Shown piece after piece: positions 33,937-43,653 of a DNA stretch of 64,000 nt. The position numbers and the translations under genes were made by a program. Below the pieces are notes generated by a model. It worked only from the letters and a program-made list of their open reading frames with translations. It was not told the DNA's origin and did no database searches. The first letter of the stretch is position 1. Each line of letters starts with the position of its first letter. Origin of the DNA: an uncultured Actinomycetes bacterium (GTDB lineage Bacteria; Actinomycetota; Actinomycetes; S36-B12; UBA10799); assembly GCA_964627505.1 (NCBI GenBank), contig CAZVKB010000002.1, positions 3,434-67,433 of the forward strand, written 5' to 3'.

Positions 33937-34410
33937 TTATGAACTCTCCTGTTCAAAATCTTCCGGGTTGACGGTGTCCAGGAACTCCCGAAAAGCTTCG
34001 ACTTCGTCCTCTTCTTCGTCGGGCACCTGAATTCCAGCTTCGGCTAACACTTCCTCAGTGCCAAAGATCGGCGCCCCAGTGCGCAGCGCCAATGCGATCG
34101 CATCACTTGGTCGGGCGCTGATTTCCACACCGTCCCCCAGGTCAAGCAAGGAGTAAAAAACACCGTCAGCCAAGTCGGTGATCGTGACTTTGACCAGCGG
34201 GCGTCCGAGTTCCGCCAGGATGGTAGCGAGTAGATCGTGGGTCAATGGCCGCGGTGGCGTCACACCTTGCTGGGCAAAAGCGATCGCGGTTGCTTCCACC
34301 GCCCCGATCCAGATCGGGAGAAAGCGGTCACCGGCAGCCTCCCGCAACAGCACGAGCGGTTGATTGGAGGGCATCTCAACTCGGACGCCCACGATCTCCA
34401 AAGGCTCCAT
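33937..34410 (-). CDS. Bifunctional nuclease family protein (DUF151, Rv1829-like)
   Basis: MEPLEIVGVRVEMPSNQPLVLLREAAGDRFLPIWIGAVEATAIAFAQQGVTPPRPLTHDLL...ARPSDAIALALRTGAPIF. Confidence 0.82.
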   Translation of the reverse strand: MEPLEIVGVRVEMPSNQPLVLLREAAGDRFLPIWIGAVEATAIAFAQQGVTPPRPLTHDLLATILAELGRPLVKVTITDLADGVFYSLLDLGDGVEISARPSDAIALALRTGAPIFGTEEVLAEAGIQVPDEEEDEVEAFREFLDTVNPEDFEQESS

Positions 34411-34421
34411 AGCTCCAGACT

Positions 34422-35114
34422 CTACGCCAGATCAGGCGAGGGCAACGTTCGGACGTAGGTGGCAAGGATTCCCAATTCCATCCGGGCGCTCAGCGAGACA
34501 ATGGCGGCGGCTGCCTCAGCACGCTCCGCGGGAGTACCGCGCATCGCACTCAGAGCCGCATCCACGAGCCCGACGTGGCGTTCTGCGGCTAACTTCACCG
34601 TCCGCAAGTGCCGTGGAGTCAGTCCAAATTCCGCCAATCCTGCGATTGCACGCGCCACCTCCACATCTGGCGCCCCGTACAATCCGTCCGCGCCTGGCGC
34701 CAGCAGGTTCAAGTTGCGAGCCTCGGCCCACGCTTGCGCCGACACACCGGAGTTCCGGATCACCTCCGACTCAGCCAAGCGCACACCTTCACCGGTTCGG
34801 GCCCCAAGCAGTTGCTCGACTGCTGCTGTTGCCGGACGGGTGGTTGGCTCCGGGCTAGTTGGCGTCACCCCCCGGCTCATGGCGTCCAGGTTTTCTTTGA
34901 TTACCCGCAGCGGTAAGAACTGATCGCGCTGCACCGTCAGGATGTAGCGCAGGCGTTCCCGGTCATCCACGGAATAGCGCCGATAGCCCGATGGTGTCCG
35001 CACCGGTGTCAACAAGCCGGCAGTCTCCAAGAACCGCACTTTTGACACCGTCAACTCGGGGAACTCCGCCGCCAGGGAATCGATCAGGGCCCCAATCCCT
35101 ACCAGTTGACTCAC
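34422..35114 (-). CDS. MerR family transcriptional regulator (Rv1828-like)
   Basis: ...LTVSKVRFLETAGLLTPVRTPSGYRRYSVDDRERLRYILTVQRDQFLPLRVIKENLDAM. Start taken as the GTG at 35114 (VSQLVGIG...), just after the FHA gene stop. Start uncertain. Confidence 0.75.
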   Translation of the reverse strand: MSQLVGIGALIDSLAAEFPELTVSKVRFLETAGLLTPVRTPSGYRRYSVDDRERLRYILTVQRDQFLPLRVIKENLDAMSRGVTPTSPEPTTRPATAAVEQLLGARTGEGVRLAESEVIRNSGVSAQAWAEARNLNLLAPGADGLYGAPDVEVARAIAGLAEFGLTPRHLRTVKLAAERHVGLVDAALSAMRGTPAERAEAAAAIVSLSARMELGILATYVRTLPSPDLA

Positions 35115-35121
35115 GCGGGGC

Positions 35122-35601
35122 TCACACCGAACCGCCGCCTGCCCCGGACATGAAGCGGAACCGGTATTTGCCGATCTGCACCTCATCACCACTGGCGAGC
35201 ACCGCCTCGGTGACCGGCTGCCGATTGACATACGTGCCGTTCAACGAACCCAAATCGGCGATCCGCCAGCCTTGGTCGGTCAGCCGGAGTTCCGCGTGTC
35301 GACGCGACACTGTGATGTCGTCAAGAAAAACCTGTTGATCGGCGCCCCGACCAACACCGACCACCGGTGGTGTCAATGGGAAAGCCGTACCTTCGTGGGG
35401 CCCGCGATGCACAATGAGCACGGCATAGGGTGCACCCGCCCCAAGGGCTGTCTGTGGTCCGGAATCGACGAGGGCATCGATCGACGCCAGCGCACCAGTC
35501 GCTTCCACATCCGTGACTGGCTGGGCAGCACCACATGAGCTACAAAAACGGGCGCCAACCGCCACCGCTGCGCCACACTCTGGACACGTCACGCTAGCCA
35601 C
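35122..35601 (-). CDS. FHA domain protein (GarA/OdhI-position homologue) with N-terminal zinc-ribbon
   Basis: C-terminal FHA ...VGRGADQQVFLDDITVSRRHAELRLTDQGWRIADLGSLNGTYVNRQPV...GDEVQIGKYRFRF is close to mycobacterial GarA. The N-terminus has CPECG...CSSCG. The GTG start (35601 or 35592) overlaps or abuts the gcvH stop. Confidence 0.85.
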   Translation of the reverse strand: MASVTCPECGAAVAVGARFCSSCGAAQPVTDVEATGALASIDALVDSGPQTALGAGAPYAVLIVHRGPHEGTAFPLTPPVVGVGRGADQQVFLDDITVSRRHAELRLTDQGWRIADLGSLNGTYVNRQPVTEAVLASGDEVQIGKYRFRFMSGAGGGSV

Positions 35602-35974
35602 CCACCAACTCCAGGTATGCCGCCTCGGTGAGGAACGTCTCAACGTCTACTTCAGCGTCAGGTTTCAGGTCTAAGAGCCAGCCGGCACCATAGGGATCGT
35701 CGTTGATGGTTTCCGGGGCAGTTTCCACTGCATCATTTACTGCCACCACTTCGCCCGCCAGCGGCGAGTACACCTCACTCACACTCTTCGTGGACTCCAC
35801 CTCCCCCAGTGGCCCATTCGCCACTACATGGGTGCCCAGCGCAGGTAAGGCCACAAACACAATGTCGCCGAGACTGTCTTGGGCAAACTCGGTGATGCCA
35901 ACTCGAATCGTGCCGTCGTCGCGGACCTGCAGCCATTCGTGCTGCTCTGTGAACCGGAGGTCAGGAGGAGTCAT
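35594..35974 (-). CDS. gcvH: Glycine cleavage system H protein
   Basis: 126 aa with the lipoyl-lysine motif GEVESTKSVSEVYSPLAGEVV. Confidence 0.95.
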   Translation of the reverse strand: MTPPDLRFTEQHEWLQVRDDGTIRVGITEFAQDSLGDIVFVALPALGTHVVANGPLGEVESTKSVSEVYSPLAGEVVAVNDAVETAPETINDDPYGAGWLLDLKPDAEVDVETFLTEAAYLELVGG

Positions 35975-35993
35975 GGCATCACTCTAGCCACCA

Positions 35994-38516
35994 TCAGGTC
36001 TCGCCGTCAGCCCCAAGGCGGTCCGCAGCTGTATCGGCCACCAATACCTCCCACTCGTCGAGGATGTCGGCCACTTGCGCCTCGGTGGGGGCCTCCGCCC
36101 ATAGCCGGACCGCAGCCTCACTCGGATCGGGTGCGACCAGCACCCACGACACCTCATCCAGAATGACCCGCAGGCCTTCAGTCTCATCCACTGACCGCTC
36201 CCCGGCATACCGACGCACCATGCGCATCACTGCGCCCTTGCGGGCCCACGGTGTGGCCACGAGTCGACGTTGCAGCGCCGTCGACGGGATTCGGGTGTCG
36301 ATCTCCCGCAGGGTCAGACGGGTTCGAGCCACAAGTCCCAGGATTGCCAAGAGCGCAGCCATGGCGTCCGGCGCTCGGCCGACGGCCGGGATCACGAATC
36401 CACCATCGGCATCGCCTGCCAGGATCAGCCCCTCACTGGTGCTGGCAGCTGCCAACGCTTGGGCACCGGTGGCGGTCCACAGCACATGGACACCGTGAAA
36501 GGACGTCACCCGTTGGGCGACCCGGGTAGTTGTCACCGGCAGCGCCACGGCACCACCGCGCCGTTCCGCCGCGATGAGGTCCAGCACGACGAGTAGGGCT
36601 CGGTCATCAGACAGCACGCGTCCGGTCTCGTCCACGATCGACAACCGCTCCCCAGTGGGATCTGTGCGCGCTCCGAGAGATGAGCGGGAAGAAGCCACCA
36701 TGGCTGACAACTGCCGCAATGCCTGATCCCGCATCTCGGCCGTCTCGGTCGCAGAATGCGGTGTCACCCTGGCGTTGACGTTGAGGACTTCGACCTCGGC
36801 GGCGCCCATCAGGGAGGGTAGAACGTTGGCACAGGTGCCACCAGCGGTGTCGACGACAATGCGCAATTTGGCTTCCGCGATGCCGCGCATGTCCGTTGCC
36901 GCCACCACGGAGGCCACATAGTCCTCCACGACCCCCTGCGGGGAGTTGGTCTGACCCACGCCACTGGCTTGCGGTCGGCGCGTGTCCTGGCGATTGATGA
37001 TGCGCTCGAGGTCCTGACGCGCGCGCACGCCAATCTCCACTCCTGCGCCATCCAGCAAGAGCACATCCAGCGAATCCGGCCGACCGGGAGACGTCCGCAC
37101 GTAGATTCCGCCGGCACAATGTCGCCGCACGAAAGACCGACTCACTGGCACCGGCACCGGACCGAGCACCATGGCCTCAGCGCCCGCTGCCGTCAGCGCA
37201 CCCATCAGACACAAGGAGAACGCGTGGGAGGACTGGGAGTGATCCCGCGCCACCATCACCGCCGCGCCTTTGGGCAGGATGGTGGCGAAGGCCCCGGCCA
37301 ATCGAGCTGCCGATTCCGCGGTGATATCAATATTGACCACTCCGGAGAATCGCTCCGCAGCCAGCATCTGCCTGGGCGAACGCGAGTCCCAGACGACGTC
37401 CTCGGTCACCACCTCGCCAGCCTCGATGGTCTTGTACGGGTACACGTCCACACCGGCAGAGATGATCGACTCGGTTTCTAGCCGGCAATCGTCGCCAATG
37501 CTCGCCCCCTCCTCCACGCGGGCCCGGGCCCTGATATCTGAACCCTGACCCACCACGCAGCCCCGCAATTCCGCCCCACGACCCACGAATACGTTGTCCA
37601 ACAGCACCGAACGCTCGACGGTGGCCCCCTCGCTGAGCACCGTGTGGCGGCCCAAAACGGTGTAGGGCAAGATGCTCGCTCCACGCTCCACCCGGGTGAA
37701 ATCCCCGAGCACCGCTGGCCCTTTCACGACCACTCCGGGACTGACCTCGGCGCCCGCTCCTAACCACACACCCTGCGCAGTCTGGAACCCTGGGATATCC
37801 AGGCGAATCTTGCCGTCGAGGGCATCGGCCTGCACCCGCCGATAGGCATCCAAAGTGCCAACGTCTTCCCAGTACCCGGCACTGACATAACCAAAGAGCG
37901 GCGCACCGGCCTCGAGGAGTCTCGGAAAAACGTCCTTCGACCAATCCACCATGGTCTCGTCTGGGATGTGATCGAGCACGGATGGTTCCACCACGTAGAT
38001 TCCGGTGTTGACCGTGTCGGTGAACACCTCCGACCAACTCGGCTTCTCCTGAAAACGGATGATCCGACCATCTGGCTCGGTCACTACCAAGCCAAAATCC
38101 ACAGGATTCTCCCGACGGGTCAGACACACTGTCACCGCGGCTCCCTGGTGGCGGTGAAAGTCGATCAGCGCTGCGAGATCGACGTCGGTCAGACCGTCAC
38201 CGGAAATCACCAGGAACGGGTCATCACGAAGTTTGGCGGAGGCGTATTTCACGCTCCCGGCGGTCCCGACTGGTCGCGGCTCCGTGGCATACGACAAGGT
38301 CATCCCGATATCGGCGCCGTCACCGAAGTAGGTGCGGATTTTGGCACCGAGATATTGCAGCGTGATGACCGCGTCGGTGATGCCGTGGTGGCGCAAGTGC
38401 CGCAAAGCGTGTTCCAGTAGCGGACGACCCGCCACCGGCAACAACGGTTTGGGAGTGGAGGTGGTCAGCGGACGCAGCCGAGTGCCTGCCCCACCGGCCA
38501 TGACAACGGCTTTCAT
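35994..38516 (-). CDS. Sugar-phosphate nucleotidyltransferase (ManC-like, with left-handed beta-helix) fused to a phosphomannomutase/phosphoglucomutase-like domain
   Basis: N-terminus MKAVVMAGGAGTRLRPLTTSTPKPLLPV and hexapeptide-repeat region. The C-terminal ~450 aa has PGM/PMM-like architecture with altered catalytic motifs (see findings). Same size class and neighbourhood as S. coelicolor SCO1388. Confidence 0.82.
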   Translation of the reverse strand: MKAVVMAGGAGTRLRPLTTSTPKPLLPVAGRPLLEHALRHLRHHGITDAVITLQYLGAKIRTYFGDGADIGMTLSYATEPRPVGTAGSVKYASAKLRDDPFLVISGDGLTDVDLAALIDFHRHQGAAVTVCLTRRENPVDFGLVVTEPDGRIIRFQEKPSWSEVFTDTVNTGIYVVEPSVLDHIPDETMVDWSKDVFPRLLEAGAPLFGYVSAGYWEDVGTLDAYRRVQADALDGKIRLDIPGFQTAQGVWLGAGAEVSPGVVVKGPAVLGDFTRVERGASILPYTVLGRHTVLSEGATVERSVLLDNVFVGRGAELRGCVVGQGSDIRARARVEEGASIGDDCRLETESIISAGVDVYPYKTIEAGEVVTEDVVWDSRSPRQMLAAERFSGVVNIDITAESAARLAGAFATILPKGAAVMVARDHSQSSHAFSLCLMGALTAAGAEAMVLGPVPVPVSRSFVRRHCAGGIYVRTSPGRPDSLDVLLLDGAGVEIGVRARQDLERIINRQDTRRPQASGVGQTNSPQGVVEDYVASVVAATDMRGIAEAKLRIVVDTAGGTCANVLPSLMGAAEVEVLNVNARVTPHSATETAEMRDQALRQLSAMVASSRSSLGARTDPTGERLSIVDETGRVLSDDRALLVVLDLIAAERRGGAVALPVTTTRVAQRVTSFHGVHVLWTATGAQALAAASTSEGLILAGDADGGFVIPAVGRAPDAMAALLAILGLVARTRLTLREIDTRIPSTALQRRLVATPWARKGAVMRMVRRYAGERSVDETEGLRVILDEVSWVLVAPDPSEAAVRLWAEAPTEAQVADILDEWEVLVADTAADRLGADGET

Positions 38517-38525
38517 ATGACCAAC

Positions 38526-39116
38526 CTACATTCGGCGGCGAACTGCCAGGATCCGACGAGCCTGTTCTACATATAGAATGCCCGCCCACCAGTACAAAGC
38601 CGTACCCCAAATCACAAATGCCCACCCAATCACCCGACTCACATCCGCCAACGACCCCGAACCCGCACCCAGCAGAATGAGCGGGAAGGCGTAGAGCAGG
38701 CAAAACGTGGCCGCCTTACCCACAAAATGCACCGGCAACCCGACGACTCCCACCCTTTTGAGTAGCCAGAGCACCACTGCCATCACCACATCCCGACCGA
38801 TCAACAGCACGACCAACCACCAGGGGATGATGCCGCGCGCTAACAAGCCGATGAGGATGGCCAAGATATAGAGCCGATCCGCGATGGGATCGAGAAGTTG
38901 CCCCAGGCGGGAAATCTGGTTGAGCCGGCGGGCAAGGTAACCGTCCAGGTAATCGGTAATACCCGAGAGCACAAGCAGCGCAACAGCCAGCACATCTGCT
39001 TGCGGAACGAGGATCAGCCAGAGAAAAATCGGCACCCCCACCAACCTGGCCATACTCAGCACGTTGGGGATCGTGAAGATCCGATCGGTGGTGACCGAGG
39101 TTTTCTGAACCTCCAC
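38526..39116 (-). CDS. CDP-alcohol phosphatidyltransferase (PgsA/eukaryote-type cardiolipin synthase-like)
   Basis: Complete motif D-YL-DG-YL-AR-x8-G-x3-D-x3-D (DYLDGYLARRLNQISRLGQLLDPIADR), plus multiple TM helices. Confidence 0.9.
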   Translation of the reverse strand: MEVQKTSVTTDRIFTIPNVLSMARLVGVPIFLWLILVPQADVLAVALLVLSGITDYLDGYLARRLNQISRLGQLLDPIADRLYILAILIGLLARGIIPWWLVVLLIGRDVVMAVVLWLLKRVGVVGLPVHFVGKAATFCLLYAFPLILLGAGSGSLADVSRVIGWAFVIWGTALYWWAGILYVEQARRILAVRRRM

Positions 39117-39123
39117 TTGAGGT

Positions 39124-39765
39124 CTAGCCTTGACCGGTTTGGCGCTTACGGCGGAATCCCAGTACCAGCAGTACCACCGCCAGCATCACCAGCAGAATCC
39201 CCACTCCGCCTGCGACATAGATCGCCATAGTCACTTGATCTGACTGCATGGCGGCGGTGAGTTCGGCTTGCACGCCGGGGGAACCATCGGCATTCATCAC
39301 CATCAGCACATTGCCACCTTCACCCGGCCAAGTGATCGTGGCCGGGTTGCCGGTGTCATCTGCCACCCAAAACGTCTGCTCTGCCGGGGGAGTCGCCGCA
39401 GGTTTGGTTCCCGGCACGGTGCTTAGTGTGAATACCCCATCCCGTAGGTCAGACGCAGCTTCGTAAGGCACACCAGCCAGGTACGGCTGCACGGCGGAGG
39501 TCGGACCGAGGCCTAAAAAGAGGTCTTTGCCGCTGGTGTTGGCGGCCGACAACGTGACATTGACGTATTCCGACGGCAACGTGCTCTGTTCGAGGTTGAA
39601 AGAACTTACGTAAAGGGCGGCCGAGGTGGTACCCGCATTCGCGACCTTGACGTCGTAGCGGCCTTCCAGCCCGAAAGTTGAATACAGGAAACCGGACAAT
39701 CCGATCCCCGCCATCCCCACCAGCAGCAGCAGAAAGCCCAGGACCACCAAAACAACCCTCTTCAC
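39124..39765 (-). CDS. Hypothetical membrane-anchored protein (N- and C-terminal TM helices)
   Basis: ORF with MKRVVLVVLGFLLLLVGMAGIGL... and a C-terminal ...AIYVAGGVGILLVMLAVVLLVLGF. 8 nt upstream of the pgsA-like gene. No recognisable family. Confidence 0.55.
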   Translation of the reverse strand: MKRVVLVVLGFLLLLVGMAGIGLSGFLYSTFGLEGRYDVKVANAGTTSAALYVSSFNLEQSTLPSEYVNVTLSAANTSGKDLFLGLGPTSAVQPYLAGVPYEAASDLRDGVFTLSTVPGTKPAATPPAEQTFWVADDTGNPATITWPGEGGNVLMVMNADGSPGVQAELTAAMQSDQVTMAIYVAGGVGILLVMLAVVLLVLGFRRKRQTGQG

Positions 39766-39872
39766 TGGTGCATCACCCTCCGACGTCTCCTGCTGACTTC
39801 TGCCCTAGCGGATCAGGGTACACATGGTTGCGGGAGTCGACGGACAGGCGCGGCGCGTGGCACAGTAACCAC

Positions 39873-40415
39873 ATGAAGTTGCAGCGCACTCGACCTGACA
39901 ATCCGTTTGACCATATGCCGGTCCTGCCGGAATTCACCGTGACCAGCACAGACCTCCGCGCTGGTGAGGTCATGGCGAGCACCTTCGCGCACTCCAGCGC
40001 GGGCGGCGAAAACGTCTCACCGCAACTGTCGTGGGAAGGCTTTCCGGACACCACGCGGTCATTCGCAGTGGTGTGTTACGACCCTGACGCACCCACCCTC
40101 GCAGGTTGGTGGCATTGGCTGCTGGTGGATCTCCCGGCATCGTGCACCGCTCTGCCGCAGGGCGCTGGCTCCGCCGCTGGAGACTTGCTGCCCGCAGGCG
40201 CCCGGCACTTGCGAAATGACTACAGTAGTTACGACTACGGCGGGGCTGCCCCGCCAGCTGGCGATCACTACCATCGCTACATCTTCACCGTGTATGCCCT
40301 CGATGCCGCTGACATCGGACTACCGCCGGACCCGAGCCCAGCCGTGTGTTCCTTCATGCTCAACGCCCATGCCCTTGCTAGAGGTCACCTGATGGCACGT
40401 TTCCAGGTCGAATGA
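39873..40415 (+). CDS. YbhB/YbcL (PEBP/Raf-kinase-inhibitor-like) family protein
   Basis: From the internal Met: MKLQRTRPDNPFDH...NVSPQLSWEGFPDTTRSFAVVCYDPDAP...WWHWLLVDLP...HRYIFTVYALD. Confidence 0.85.
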   Translation: MKLQRTRPDNPFDHMPVLPEFTVTSTDLRAGEVMASTFAHSSAGGENVSPQLSWEGFPDTTRSFAVVCYDPDAPTLAGWWHWLLVDLPASCTALPQGAGSAAGDLLPAGARHLRNDYSSYDYGGAAPPAGDHYHRYIFTVYALDAADIGLPPDPSPAVCSFMLNAHALARGHLMARFQVE

Positions 40416-42007
40416 CCACAGAGACGTTCGCCTCGGTCGACAACCTGGTCTGGATCGCAGTAGTCGCCGTCGGCTTAAGTCTGTTATTGCGCAGCCGCGG
40501 GATCGGAACCGCCCTGCCGCTGCTCGGGTGTGGCATCGTCATTGCCCTTCTTCCGATCGGACCGACCGCACCTGCGGCGCCGGAAGCCATCCAAGCGCTG
40601 GTACTGGCCCCGCTGGTGTTTGGGGAAGCGCTGTCGTCGTCCTACATTGACATTAAGAAGGTTCGTCGGCCGGTGCTCGCGTTGGCGGTGCTGCTCGTCG
40701 CTGCTACCACGCTGGTGGTGGGCGGGGTCGTGGCAGCACTGCTGGTGGCCATCCCGGCTGCCATGGCTTTAGCTCTTGGCGCCATTCTCGCCCCAACTGA
40801 CGCGGTGGCGGTGGCCACTGCCGCCCGCCGGGCCAACCTGCCAGCGAGAATCGTCTCCGTCCTCGAAGGTGAGAGCCTCGTCAACGACGCTACCGGACTG
40901 ACCGCCCTGCGGGTTGCGGTCGTGGCAGCCGTAGCCGGTTCCATCACGATCGTCGACGCGGGTGCGGTGTTGGTGCAGTCGGTGACGGTGGGATTGGCCA
41001 TCGGCGTGGCCAGCGGCTGGATCCTCGTGATGATGCTGCGCCACAGTTCGGACGTCGTCGGCTTCGGTGGGCTGTTGCTGATCGCACCGCTACCGATCTA
41101 CATGGTGACCGAAGAACTCGACGGCTCGGCCATCCTGGCCATTGTCACCGCGGCGCTCATGGCATCCCACGCCAGCCATTCCGACCCCAGCTATCGCGGT
41201 CGCCTTGCGGTGGCCACAGTGTGGCGACAAATCACTTTCATCTTGCAGTCGATCGCCTTTCTGCTGCTCGGCCTCGAATTGCCGTTCGCCATCGGTGACC
41301 TGCCGGAAGCCCAGGTGCGCCTCTTACCGGTGACCGTGCTCGCCGTCACGGTCGTGTTGATCACCACGCGCATGATTTTTGTGTTCGGGATGTTCGGCCT
41401 CGAGCGCGCCACCAGCAAGAGTCCCACCGGTGGTTGGCGCAGCGCCGTGGTCATCGGTTGGGCGGGTGCCCGTGGGCCAGTGTCGGCTTTGGCTGCCTTC
41501 TCCCTGCCCTTCATCGCCGAGTCCGGCTCGCCGATCCCCTACCGGGATTTTGTGGTGGCCACCGCGTTGTGCGTAATTTTGGTTACCCTGATGATTTCCC
41601 CGACACTGGGACCGTTGGCTCGCGCCCTGCGGATCGAAGACACCAACGCACCGTCCACCCAGGGGTGGGTGCGCTCCGCGTTGGCTCGGGCTGCCCTGGC
41701 GGCGTTGGAGTCGGCGGAGACGGATGCGGACCGCGATGGCGAGCCGCTATCTCCGGAGACGGTGCGCACACTTCGGCATCAAATGGAGCAACGACTGCAC
41801 CCAGATGCCGACAACACCGCAGCCGTCACCCGGGTGCGCCAGTTGGCCGAAGTTGGTCTCGCCATGGCGCAAGCCGAACAACGCGAGCTCATTCGGCTGC
41901 GCACCGAGGCCGGCTTGCCCGATGCAGTGGTCCGCCCACTCATGACCGATATCGATCAGCGGATCGCCAGTTTGCGCGCCGCCCGGAAATCCCCGGGGAG
42001 CGCTTAG
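40412..42007 (+). CDS. Cation:proton (Na+/H+) antiporter, CPA1/NhaP-type
   Basis: 531 aa. About 12 TM helices (…LAPTDAVAV…) and a ~120-aa cytoplasmic tail. ATGA overlap with the upstream gene. Confidence 0.82.
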   Translation: MTTETFASVDNLVWIAVVAVGLSLLLRSRGIGTALPLLGCGIVIALLPIGPTAPAAPEAIQALVLAPLVFGEALSSSYIDIKKVRRPVLALAVLLVAATTLVVGGVVAALLVAIPAAMALALGAILAPTDAVAVATAARRANLPARIVSVLEGESLVNDATGLTALRVAVVAAVAGSITIVDAGAVLVQSVTVGLAIGVASGWILVMMLRHSSDVVGFGGLLLIAPLPIYMVTEELDGSAILAIVTAALMASHASHSDPSYRGRLAVATVWRQITFILQSIAFLLLGLELPFAIGDLPEAQVRLLPVTVLAVTVVLITTRMIFVFGMFGLERATSKSPTGGWRSAVVIGWAGARGPVSALAAFSLPFIAESGSPIPYRDFVVATALCVILVTLMISPTLGPLARALRIEDTNAPSTQGWVRSALARAALAALESAETDADRDGEPLSPETVRTLRHQMEQRLHPDADNTAAVTRVRQLAEVGLAMAQAEQRELIRLRTEAGLPDAVVRPLMTDIDQRIASLRAARKSPGSA

Positions 42008-42112
42008 CGGTTGTCACGCAAGGCATCGGTAAGCATCACGTGAGATGTTGATCAAGCCTTGATCCCGCCATGTTTCTGCGATCACCGAAAGAATAGGTCT
42101 ATTGTGACGCGC

Positions 42113-43609
42113 ATGGCAACGACTTCCGCGCCGACGCCGACCTCTGAGGATCGGGCATTCTTTGGGCAACCCAGAGCACTCTCCACACTGTTCTTCACGG
42201 AAATGTGGGAGCGCTTCTCCTATTACGGTATGCGCGCCCTTTTGGTGCTCTACCTCACTGCGCCGCTCGTCAGCGAGGACGGGCGTGAAGGCCTCGGGAT
42301 CGACGACGGCACCGCTATCGCGATCTACGGCGCCTACTCGGGCTTGGTCTACCTCACGCCCATCGCCGGTGGGTGGGTGGCTGACCGCATCATGGGTCCG
42401 CGGCGCACCGTGCTCTACGGCGGCATCGTCATCGCCGTCGGCCACTACCTCATGGCCGCACCGGTGGAAATCACTTTCTGGCTGGGTCTGCTCGCCATCG
42501 CACTGGGCACCGGGATGCTCAAGCCGAACATCTCGGCGATGGTCGGTGACCTCTACGACGACGCCGATACCCGCCGGGATGCCGGATTCTCGATTTTCTA
42601 CATGGGCATCAACCTTGGGTCGCTCTTCGCCCCGCTGATCACGGGATATGCAGCCGCTCAACGCGGTTTCCACTGGGGCTTCGCGATCGCCGGGATCGGC
42701 ATGACCTTGGCAGTGATCCAGTACGTCCTTGGGTGGAAGAACTTCCATGGAGTGGGCGCGAAGGCTCCCGACCCGGCTAACGCAAAGGAAAAGCGCAACT
42801 TCTATTTCGTCCTCCTAGGCGCTGTTGTGTTCATCGGAATCTTGGCAATCGTGATCGGCCTGTTCGCCGCAGGCGGAGTGGCTGATGACATCGCCACTGC
42901 GATTACCGTGTTCATCCTGATCGTGCCATTTGTGTACTTCTACAAATTGTTCAAGCGCAAGGACTACACCAAACGCGAACGCTCCAACGTGAAAGTTTTC
43001 GTGTGGGTGTTCTTAGCGGCGGCCTCGTTCTGGATGGTGTTCGAGCAGTCCGGTTCGACACTCAACATCTTCGCCGAGAACGTCACGGACTTGAACTTCG
43101 GCGGCTGGGAGATGCCCGCAGCGTGGCTGCAATCGGTGAACCCGTTGTTCATCATCATCTTCGCGCCCATCTTTGCCGCGGTATGGGTCAAGCTCGGCAA
43201 CAGAGCGCCACGCACCTCGCTGAAATTTGCGATGGCCCTGATCGGTGTCGGCATTTCGGTGTTGATCCTGGTGATCCCCATGTCGGCCTACCAGGACTCC
43301 GGCACCGAAGCCGTGGTCTGGTGGCTGTTGACCACCTATCTGCTGCAGACCTGGGCCGAGTTGCTGCTCTCTCCCCAGGGGCTGTCGGCCACCACCAAAC
43401 TGGCACCGGAAGGGGCGAGCGGACAAATGTTGGCGCTGTGGTTTCTGGCCACGTCAGTGGGTACAAGCGTGGGTGGACAGATCGGCAAGTTCACGGCGGG
43501 TGACCCGGTCAACACCTTCATCGTCAGTGGTGTGGTGCCCATCGTGGTCGGCATCATTACGCTGACCATGATGAAGTGGATCAACCGTTCCATGGATCCG
43601 GTGCACTAG
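42113..43609 (+). CDS. POT/PTR2 family di/tripeptide:proton symporter
   Basis: Signature FFTEMWERFSYYGMRALLVLYL and ...GGWVADR...FYMGINLGSL. Start set at MATTSAPTP. Confidence 0.9.
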   Translation: MATTSAPTPTSEDRAFFGQPRALSTLFFTEMWERFSYYGMRALLVLYLTAPLVSEDGREGLGIDDGTAIAIYGAYSGLVYLTPIAGGWVADRIMGPRRTVLYGGIVIAVGHYLMAAPVEITFWLGLLAIALGTGMLKPNISAMVGDLYDDADTRRDAGFSIFYMGINLGSLFAPLITGYAAAQRGFHWGFAIAGIGMTLAVIQYVLGWKNFHGVGAKAPDPANAKEKRNFYFVLLGAVVFIGILAIVIGLFAAGGVADDIATAITVFILIVPFVYFYKLFKRKDYTKRERSNVKVFVWVFLAAASFWMVFEQSGSTLNIFAENVTDLNFGGWEMPAAWLQSVNPLFIIIFAPIFAAVWVKLGNRAPRTSLKFAMALIGVGISVLILVIPMSAYQDSGTEAVVWWLLTTYLLQTWAELLLSPQGLSATTKLAPEGASGQMLALWFLATSVGTSVGGQIGKFTAGDPVNTFIVSGVVPIVVGIITLTMMKWINRSMDPVH

Positions 43610-43653
43610 CGGTTAACGGTCACTGCCAGACTTTGCTGCGATGAGCACGACGC

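Noticed and set aside
42048-42064. Palindromic TTGATCAA / GATCAAG-C-CTTGATC upstream of the POT transporter
   Set aside because: It is short, with a loop too small for a hairpin, and nothing supports a function. Palindromes of this size are expected by chance in 64 kb.
42014-42748. 244-aa minus-strand ORF
   Set aside because: Antisense to the 5' part of the POT transporter gene, which carries the PTR2 signature (ERFSYYGMR). Its composition is Arg/Asp/Gly-rich with no motifs.
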